Origin: an uncultured beta proteobacterium
GTDB taxonomy: Bacteria > Pseudomonadota > Gammaproteobacteria > Burkholderiales > SHXO01
Assembly (NCBI GenBank): GCA_963827575.1
Contig: CAWHCG010000048.1
Span: 197,018-261,017 of the forward strand
Direction: 5' to 3'
DNA: 64,000 bases
Shown here: positions 57,180 to 64,000 of the stretch, piece by piece
How positions within the stretch are numbered: position 1 is the first letter of the stretch
Layout of the letters: every line of letters starts with the position of its first letter
Program-made: the position numbers and the translations under genes
The notes under the pieces: generated by a model
Told to the model about the DNA's origin: nothing
What the model saw: only the letters and a program-made list of their open reading frames with translations
The model's database searches: none

Positions 57180-57838
57180 CTCAGCGGCACAGCCGCGGGC
57201 TGAGGGGCACGCACGCCGGTGCGCACTCGCCGCAGTTCGGCGAGCACGAGCGGCTGCGCGCCGGCGGCGGCGATCGGTCGGATGCCACGCGCCGAAAGCG
57301 CCGCCGCGAGATCCGCCAGGACTGCCTCGCGGCGGCGCACGAAGCTCGTCGCAAAGCATGCGGTCGCAATGCGCATCCGAGCACCGCAACGTTGAAGCGC
57401 TGCGCGAACATCTCGCGCGACAGCGGTGCACCTACATCGTTGGGCGCGGAGACCATCGACAGGAACATGATGTCGCGCTCCTTGCCCTGGAAGGTGCGTG
57501 CGTCGCCGCACGCCACCGCGTGGCGCCGCAGTGCCTGCGGCCCCAATTCCTCGGCGAGCCGGTCCCACACCCTCAGTCGCCTGATCCTCGCCGAGCAGCG
57601 AGACCACGCCGATGGAGCGCTGCGCCATCCCCGGGTCGGCCGCGATGCGCGCGATCTCCTGGGCGATGTAGTCGATCTCGGCCGGGTTGAGCCCGTCCTT
57701 GCGCACACGCGTCCTCGATGCATACGTCGACCAGCGGTCGGATCCAGCCGCTCGGAGGGGCGCGGCAGCCGCAACGGCTTGAGCTCCTGGTGATCGAACT
57801 CGCGCTTGGAGTACTCGATGATCGCGCGCTACTTTCAA
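57180..57838 (-). pseudogene. C-terminal remnant of a superfamily-1 (Upf1/DNA2-like, AAA_11/AAA_12) helicase, several frame breaks
   Basis: Pieces lie in three minus-strand frames: IIEYSKREF..ELKPLRLP, NPAEIDYIAQEIARIAADPGMAQRSIGVVSLLGEDQA, and CGDARTFQGKERDIMFLSMV..AQRFNVA. The N-terminal ~800 aa expected for such helicases are missing. Confidence 0.55.
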
Positions 57839-58184
57839 TCCGCCTGCTGCCTGGAGCAGAGCCGCACAGGCGCGAGAGAACTACAAGTCAGTGTCTGTCG
57901 GTTCAGCCCCCAGGCAGCAGCGCGGCAGGCTGAACACTCCGTTGACAGTGTGTCGCAGCGATGGCACGGGGGTTGCGAAGTGAGACGGTGACCCGGATCG
58001 ATGGTCAACGGATTGTGAGAGGCCACGTCCGACGAGGGAGGAAGTGCTTGATGCATCGAAGCAACGCATTGCGACAACCGGCGCGAGCCTGGGCCCGGCG
58101 CATGCGCATTTGCGTCCGTTGCAAGTCGCGCAACGACGCTGCCCGCGCACGCACGCAGGTCGCGGCAACCCCGTACCACACACC

Positions 58185-60263
58185 GTGCTTAGATTGCTCG
58201 CAGAGCTGCCGCTGAAGTCCAAGCTGCTCATCACCAGCTTCGTGCTGCTCGGGCTCGCGGTGGCCCTCACCTGCGGTCTCGCGGTAGCCAGCTATCTGCA
58301 GGACGCCAGGGCCCGCGTCACGAGCGAAGCGGCCACCCGCGCGCGGCTCGTTGCGCAGGACGCCAAGCCCGCCCTGCTTGCGTACGACAAGGCCGCCGCG
58401 CACACCGCGCTGCAGGCGCTGCGTCTGGATGCGCTGGTGCAAGGGGCGCGCCTGTTCGACGATCGCGGCGAGATCATGGCCGAATACCGGGGCAAGGATT
58501 GGCGCGACATCGCGCTGCCGCTGGCGGCCCCGGCGACCGAGGCCGATCGTTTCGACGACTCGCACCTGCAGACCACTCGTGTGATCAAGGCAAGCAATCG
58601 CACCATCGGCACACTGGTCGTAGCGACCAACCTCCTTCCGTTCCGCTATGAGCTGACCGGCTTTGCCGTCAGGATGGGCCTGATCGCAGTAGTCGCCCTG
58701 CTCATCGCGTGCAGCGGTATCCTGCTGATGCACACCGCCATCCTCGGTCCGGTGGGCTCACTTGCGGCGCTGGTGCGTCGGTCCGTCCTGGAGAAGCGCT
58801 TCGAGCTGCGCGCGTCGACCCAGCCGCGCGACGAGGTCGGCGCACTGGCAGCCGACGTCAATGCGCTGCTCGAGCGCATCGGCGAGCGCGAGGCCACCCT
58901 GCGGCGCGAGCTGATGGAGCGCAGCGAGACGCAGCGGCGCATCGAGGAGCTGGCGCACTTCGATCCTCTCACCAAGCTGCCCAACCGCCACTACTTCATC
59001 CGCCAGCTGGAACGCGCGCTGCTGGTTGCCATGCAGTCGGGCAGCGCCGGCGCCGTACTGCTGGTCAACCTGGCCGCCTTCCGCCAGGTCAACGAGCGCC
59101 TGGGGCACGACGCGGGCGACACCCTGCTGATGCAGTTCGGGCGACGCGTGACCGCGAAGCTGCGGGAAGGAGACATGCTGTGCCGGCTGGGCGGCGACGA
59201 GTTCGCCCTGATTCTCCAGCAGGTGAGCGGCGAGAGCCACGTCACGGCGGTCGCGAACAAGATCCTCTCCGTGGTGAAGGAGCCGATCCCGGTAGGCGAG
59301 CAGGATGCGCAGGTGGGCGCCTCCATCGGCATCGCCGCGTTCCCGGTGGACGGTTCCGAGCCGCACCTGGTCCTGCGCAGCGCGGAGACGGCGTTGCGGC
59401 GCGCCAAGGTGAACGGCAACAACAGCGTGTGCTTCTTCGCGCCGGAGATGCTGGACCGGCTGCATCCGCAGCTGAACATCGAGGCCGAGCTCAGGCGCGC
59501 GCTCGACAACAGCGAGCTGCGGCTGCACTTCCAGCCGCAGATGGATCTGGCCACCGGAGCGCTGCGCGGCATGGAAGGGCTGGTACGCTGGCAGCATCCC
59601 GCGCGCGGGCTGCTGCTGCCGGGCGAGTTCATTCCCATGGCCGAAGACAACCATGCCCTCATCCGCGCGATCTCCGACTGGACCCTGGATGCGACCTGCG
59701 CGCAGCTGGCCGCCTGGCAGACCGCAGGGCTGGAACCGGTCACCCTGGCAGTGAACTTCACGCCGGTGCAGCTGCGCGACACCGGCATGGTGGCGCGCCT
59801 GGACCAGTTGCTGGAACGCTATGGCGTGCCGGGCTCGCGCATGGAGCTGGAGATTACCGAGAACCTGTTGATGGCCGAGCCGCGCGCCGCCGAGATCCTG
59901 AGCGAGCTGCGCAGCCGCGGGCTGCGCATCGCGGTGGACGACTTCGGCACCGGCTACTCCAGCCTCGCCTATCTCAAGGATCTGCCGATCACCGCCCTGA
60001 AGATCGACCGAGGCTTCGTCCACGGCGTGCCCGATTCCCCCAAGTACGCCTCCATCACCCGCGCCATCATCGGCATCGCCCGCCATCTCGGCTTCGAGAC
60101 CATCGCCGAGGGGGTGGAAACCCCGCGCCAGGCCGACTTCCTGCGCGCGCTCGGCTGCACCGCCTATCAAGGCTTCTGCTTCTCCGCCGCCGTGCCCGCC
60201 GACGAGGCACAGCGCTTCCTGGCTTCCCCGGATCGCGCCAACCTCGATCGGGCCGTGGCCTGA
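58185..60263 (+). CDS. membrane sensor diguanylate cyclase/phosphodiesterase (TM-periplasmic domain-TM-HAMP-GGDEF-EAL)
   Basis: From GTG 58185: two TM segments flank a ~150-aa sensor region. HAMP (..DEVGALAADVNALLERI), HFDPLTKLPNR..GGDEFALIL (GGDEF), ELRLHFQPQ..EITEN..DDFGTGYSSLAYL (EAL). Confidence 0.85.
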   Translation: MLRLLAELPLKSKLLITSFVLLGLAVALTCGLAVASYLQDARARVTSEAATRARLVAQDAKPALLAYDKAAAHTALQALRLDALVQGARLFDDRGEIMAEYRGKDWRDIALPLAAPATEADRFDDSHLQTTRVIKASNRTIGTLVVATNLLPFRYELTGFAVRMGLIAVVALLIACSGILLMHTAILGPVGSLAALVRRSVLEKRFELRASTQPRDEVGALAADVNALLERIGEREATLRRELMERSETQRRIEELAHFDPLTKLPNRHYFIRQLERALLVAMQSGSAGAVLLVNLAAFRQVNERLGHDAGDTLLMQFGRRVTAKLREGDMLCRLGGDEFALILQQVSGESHVTAVANKILSVVKEPIPVGEQDAQVGASIGIAAFPVDGSEPHLVLRSAETALRRAKVNGNNSVCFFAPEMLDRLHPQLNIEAELRRALDNSELRLHFQPQMDLATGALRGMEGLVRWQHPARGLLLPGEFIPMAEDNHALIRAISDWTLDATCAQLAAWQTAGLEPVTLAVNFTPVQLRDTGMVARLDQLLERYGVPGSRMELEITENLLMAEPRAAEILSELRSRGLRIAVDDFGTGYSSLAYLKDLPITALKIDRGFVHGVPDSPKYASITRAIIGIARHLGFETIAEGVETPRQADFLRALGCTAYQGFCFSAAVPADEAQRFLASPDRANLDRAVA

Positions 60264-60954
60264 TTGTTCCGCGACCGCGGCTGACCGCCTTATCCGGCCC
60301 ACACCGGCTTCGTCGGTTTCTTTGGCCGATCCCGCCAAGATCTGCGCTCCACCACGGGCGTAAGTGCAAGCGCAGCTACGTCCAATCCGCACGCGTCCCC
60401 ATGCTGACCATCCCGCGTGGACACTCTACTCCGCCAGAAGACAGCAGCAGCGGTGCGTTTCGCTTCGGCGGGCCTACCGCGATACGTTTCAAAGACGTCG
60501 CATAGGACGACCTAACATTCGAACCGGCGGCATGACGCCTTTCTTAGGCGTAGGATAGAAATTCCATTTTTGCGTTGGGCGTCTCCAGGGTACCGGCGAC
60601 GAGTGCGGAACCGCACCCACAAGGTCGCGAGATGTCGACCCGCACGACACGATTCGGTTCTACGGCCCGCGGCTGCACGAGGCGGCGATGATCCCGGTTG
60701 CTGTGCCCACGTGGCAGCGACACCGAGGACGACATCTTTGGCGCCCCAGCCGGCATCTCTATCGCCGTCTCTGCGGGGACCGGTGGAACCGTTCTATCGA
60801 AGGCTGGAAGAGCTAGGATGGGTCGAAGGGAAGAACGTCGCCTTCGAGTTCCGCAACTCGTGACACGCAAGAGGGGCAAGTGGTCACGTCCCGACTCCCG
60901 GTGGCCTACCAATTGTACGTTCGCGGCCATCATCGGCCCCGCCGGCGCCCGAAT

Positions 60955-61617
60955 GTGACTCCGCTGCACCTCATACTGCTCCTGGTTCTGCTCGCGGCCC
61001 TGATCGGCTTCGTCGAGCTGGCTTCGCTGACGCTGGCGTTCGAGAAACTCGGTTTGTCGGCGCGCTCGGCTTACCTGCTGCTCATGACCACGCTCGGCGG
61101 CAGCTTCCTCAACCTGCCTCTATTCCGGATAAACGCCGCGCCGTCAGGCGCCGCGGCGGTGCCGCCGCAGTTCCGCAACTTCCTGCGCCTGCCGATGAAG
61201 CTGATGCCGGGCAAGATCGTCATCGCGGTCAACGTGGGCGGCTGCGTGGTGCCACTGGCGTTCTGCATATATCTGCTCAAGAACTATCAGCTCGACCCGC
61301 TCTACGTATTGATCTGCATCGCCGCCGTGGCAGCCGTGGCGCGCTCCTTCAGCTGGCCGATCCCGGGTGTGGGAATCGCGATCCCGATCTTCATTGCGCC
61401 GGTGGCCGCGGCGCTCATCGCCTGGCTGCTGAGCCGCGAGCAGGCTGCGCCGCTGGCCTACATCGGCGGCACCCTGGGTGTGCTGATCGGCGCCGACTTG
61501 CTGCGCCTGCCGGATATCCGGCGCATGGGAGTCCCGGTGGCCTCGGTCGGCGGTGCCGGATCGTTCGACGGGATCTTCGTGACCGGGGTTCTGGCCGTGT
61601 TGCTGCTTGGGCTGTGA
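60955..61617 (+). CDS. DUF1614 domain membrane protein
   Basis: From GTG 60955: ..GGSFLNLPLFRI..IAVNVGGCVVPLAFCIYLL..LAYIGGTLGVLIGADLLRLPDI..ASVGGAGSFDGIF, as I recall DUF1614. Confidence 0.65.
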   Translation: MTPLHLILLLVLLAALIGFVELASLTLAFEKLGLSARSAYLLLMTTLGGSFLNLPLFRINAAPSGAAAVPPQFRNFLRLPMKLMPGKIVIAVNVGGCVVPLAFCIYLLKNYQLDPLYVLICIAAVAAVARSFSWPIPGVGIAIPIFIAPVAAALIAWLLSREQAAPLAYIGGTLGVLIGADLLRLPDIRRMGVPVASVGGAGSFDGIFVTGVLAVLLLGL

Positions 61618-61626
61618 GCGCGTAGT

Positions 61627-61656
61627 GAAACGGCCGGCTTCGCGCGGGCCGTTTTC
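61627..61656. terminator. bidirectional rho-independent-type terminator
   Basis: gAAACGGCCggcttcgcgcgGGCCGTTTTc. The stem is ACGGCC/GGCCGT with an A-run on one side and a T-run on the other. It lies between convergent features. Confidence 0.55.
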
Positions 61657-61675
61657 GCTTACGCGGAGGCGCGGA

Positions 61676-61963
61676 TCAGAGCGGACCGTGGTCCCAAGGT
61701 CCCCAGATCGCACAGGTCATGCCGCTGCCCGGCGTCGAGCTGCCGAACAGGTTCACGAACAGGATCTCGCCGTCGGGGCTGAAGCAGGCGCCCACGAACT
61801 CGCTGTCGTTCAGCATATTGACCGCGAACTCGAACGTCTCGCCCGCGAGGCCCAGGCCGATCAGGCGGTTCACGTTCTCGATCCCCGGGGTGAGCGGGTG
61901 CGTGCCGTGGTCGTCGACCCCATTGTCCAGATACTCCGTCGGACCTCTACACAGGCGCTCCAC
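61676..61963 (-). pseudogene. C-terminal fragment of a PhoX/DUF839-family protein
   Basis: ..SEFVGACFSPDGEILFVNLFG..GMTCAIWGPWDHGPL* resembles the conserved PhoX/DUF839 C-terminus. Only ~95 codons are present against ~600+ expected. Confidence 0.5.
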
Positions 61964-62199
61964 AATAGACGCTCAGCATCCCGCCAAGCCGCGAAATTGG
62001 ACAGTAAGGGTTCGATAGGATGCCGTCATCGGCGCATCCAGCCACCCGTTGGCTCGCAGCGGCGATCAGCCAAGTGGCGCGAGGTGAGATCGACACCGCA
62101 CCCGAGATCGCTACCGGCCTGTATCGGGGCAAGGGTGAGCAGTCTCCTGTCCCAGCAGGAGGTGTAAGCTGGGCGCTGTGACTGGCCGAGTACCAGCAC

Positions 62200-62670
62200 A
62201 TGAGGCTCCACCGACCCATGCCGGACCCGCAACTAGCGTTTTCCCACGAGGAGCAGGTTGCCTTCCTCAACCGCATGCTCGAGGCCGAGCGCGCGGGGGC
62301 GAACGCGCTGCTCAAAATCCTCGAAGAGCACCCCCGCGGCGGCGAAGCCTGGATCGCGCTGCGTCGCGTCCACGCCGACGAGGCGCATAACTGCGTGCTG
62401 CTCGGCCAGCAGATCCAGCGGCTCGGCGCCGATTACAGCCACGCCACGGGCGACTTCCTCGCCAAGCTGCTCACGGTCGAGGGTCGGCACGCGCGCGTCG
62501 AGTTCCTTGCGAAAGGGCTCCGCTGGGCGGTGAAGCGGTTCGATGAGGCACTCCCGCGGCTGGACGGCGCGGCGCGGGACACGATCGTCGGCATGCGCGA
62601 GTCGCACCTGCGCAGCATCGAGAGCTGCGAATCCGTCGCCAGGACGCTGGCCGAGGACGTCGGCCGCTAG
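62200..62670 (+). CDS. DUF6306-like ferritin-fold protein
   Basis: EEQVAFLNRMLEAERAGANALLKIL..RRVHADEAHNCVLLGQQIQRLG..FLAKGLRWAVKRFDEALPRL, the pattern I recall for DUF6306. Start codon uncertain (62200 or 62218). Confidence 0.55.
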   Translation: MRLHRPMPDPQLAFSHEEQVAFLNRMLEAERAGANALLKILEEHPRGGEAWIALRRVHADEAHNCVLLGQQIQRLGADYSHATGDFLAKLLTVEGRHARVEFLAKGLRWAVKRFDEALPRLDGAARDTIVGMRESHLRSIESCESVARTLAEDVGR

Positions 62671-63248
62671 TTCGCCTCAAGCCCGGCGCCTTGCCAGCCG
62701 CCGACGCACTTGCTCGATCGCCTCGCCGGGCAATCAAGCAAATTGCTGACTCATCGCGCGAAAAATCGGACCATGACCAAGTCCGGCGGTTATGGCCCCG
62801 CGGACGAAGCGGAATGGCCGCTTTCCAGAACTCGCTATGACCGCAGTGGGTCGACAACCGACGGTCGCTTGTCTCTGGAGCGGTCGTTCGCCGGAATATG
62901 TCCGCTTCCGAGGACCGCCATCGGCAGCAGCCGGCCAAGAGCTGACGGTCGCTCTGATTTACCACAGCTCTCCGCTCGGCTACGTCCGTGCTTGCTGTTC
63001 CGCCAGAACAGGGCCTTGCGGATCGGAACGCGAGTACAGAACTCTGGCATCCCGTAGACTGACGTACCGCCCATGCAGCGTATCCCGCTGGGCGATATGA
63101 TGAAGTAGCACAATAAGCCGCTGATTTGGTTGCTAGATAAGCCAAAATCCCGGAACAAGTCCATCCGGGATATGCTGCATTCCTGCAGTTGATTTCAAAG
63201 TTCGGCGTCACGAGGGAGACGGCCGTGGGCCGCCGACGAGGTAATTCA

Positions 63249-64000
63249 GTGATACGACGCATTAGCCGGTTCTGGTTCGTGTACCAGTTCGCTGCCCTGG
63301 TCGCCTACGTCAGCTTATTCGCTATGGCTAGCGCCGCCGATGCACAGCAGCCGCCATCGCCGCGGCGCATCGGAGTCGTCCTCGTGGGCTTTTCGCCAGA
63401 AAGCAAGGAAGTGCAGGAGTTCCCCCGAGGGCTAAGGGACGCAGGCTACGTTGAGGGACGCGACATTGTGATCGAGTGGCGATCAGCCAGTGGTGATTAC
63501 GATCGGCTAACGGAGTTGGTCGCCGACCTGGTCCAACGCCAAGTCGACGTGATCGTGGTGGAGAACACGCTTGCAGCCCGGGCAATCAAGCGTGCCACGT
63601 CCACTATCCCTGTCGTCATGGCGATCGTCGCTGATCCAGTTGGATCCGGCTTGGTCGCGAGCCTCGCGCGTCCTGGGGGAACATTACTGGGCTTTCGATG
63701 ATGCTGACCGAACTCAGCGCGAAGCGACTCCAACTGCTCAAGGAAGTGCTCGATGCGCCACTCGTGTCGCGGTCCTGTGAATTGACTGTACTGTGGCACG
63801 CAAAGGTGATCGAGGACCTGAAAGCGGCCGCGCCCTCGCTGTCGATCGAACTGAGTTTTGCGGGCGTAAGAACTGCCGAAGGAAATTGGCCTGGCATTTT
63901 CAACCGTCAACCGAGCGCACGCTCAAGCGCTGTATGTAATTGAGCATCCTCTCTTCGTTGTCCATCGGACTACGGTTTTCAAGCTAGCGTCGAACGCCCG
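63249..64000 (+). pseudogene. ABC_sub_bind-family (PF04392-like) substrate-binding protein, frame broken, runs to the window end
   Basis: RRIGVVLVGFSPESKE..GLRDAGYVEGRDIVIEWRSASGDYDRLTELVADLVQRQVDVIVV..IPVVMAIVADPVGSGLVASLARPGG. After a 1-nt shift at ~63675-63684 it continues NITGLSMMLTELSAKRLQLLKEV.., with a later stop at 63943. Confidence 0.6.

Noticed and set aside
58758-60392. 544-aa minus-strand ORF
   Set aside because: It is antisense to the GGDEF-EAL gene, which carries clear GGDEF and EAL signatures on the plus strand.
1-64000. tRNA, rRNA, tmRNA, CRISPR arrays, IS elements, integrases, prophage genes
   Set aside because: I looked for T-loop/acceptor patterns, 16S/23S-like segments, regularly spaced repeats with spacers, and transposase or integrase motifs in all listed ORFs. 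None was found. The absence is by eye only and should be confirmed with tRNAscan-SE, Infernal and ISEScan.

Overview
About 64 kb of GC-rich (roughly two-thirds G+C by eye) proteobacterial-type chromosome, densely coding on both strands.

Gene content, left to right:
- c-di-GMP and two-component signalling genes, then rlmJ and a mazG-like gene.
- A solute-binding protein and a serine hydrolase.
- A WYL regulator + DUF3293 pair.
- An FAD monooxygenase/DUF2783 pair, followed by a phenylacetate operon (paaG-I-K-A-B-C-D-E, TetR, FAH-family hydrolase).
- Small accessory genes: Uma2 nuclease, an RHH-like orphan, DUF423.
- A ~17 kb minus-strand block that reads as a nicotinamide/nicotinate-type catabolic supercluster. 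It holds an FAD + Mo/2Fe-2S hydroxylase, a 6-hydroxynicotinate-reductase-like protein, UPF0280, two amino-acid-synthesis-family paralogs, an acyl-CoA ligase, a five-gene Liv-type ABC importer, an enamidase-like amidohydrolase and a Tat-signal nicotinamidase.
- fdxA, a TetR regulator and an FMN hydroxy-acid dehydrogenase.
- An NMT1/Ssu-type ABC transporter interrupted by an ECF sigma gene.
- A TTQ amine dehydrogenase cluster (mauB-E-D-A-like plus two monohaem cytochromes c).
- A zone of gene remnants (GspE, SF1 helicase, PhoX, solute-binding fragments) mixed with intact genes (PilP-like, GGDEF-EAL, DUF1614).

No rRNA, tRNA, CRISPR array, transposase or integrase was recognised.

Two window-wide signals stand out:
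1. At least 16 copies of an unusual composite hairpin repeat whose arms are themselves short tandem arrays (7-9 nt units). They fill almost every intergenic gap inside the paa and nicotinate-type operons, always with the purine-rich SD-like arm first.
2. At least 15 single-nucleotide reading-frame breaks in otherwise intact-looking genes, several at short homopolymers. This looks more like consensus indel error than biology.

All family assignments come from motif recognition by eye. No database search was run.
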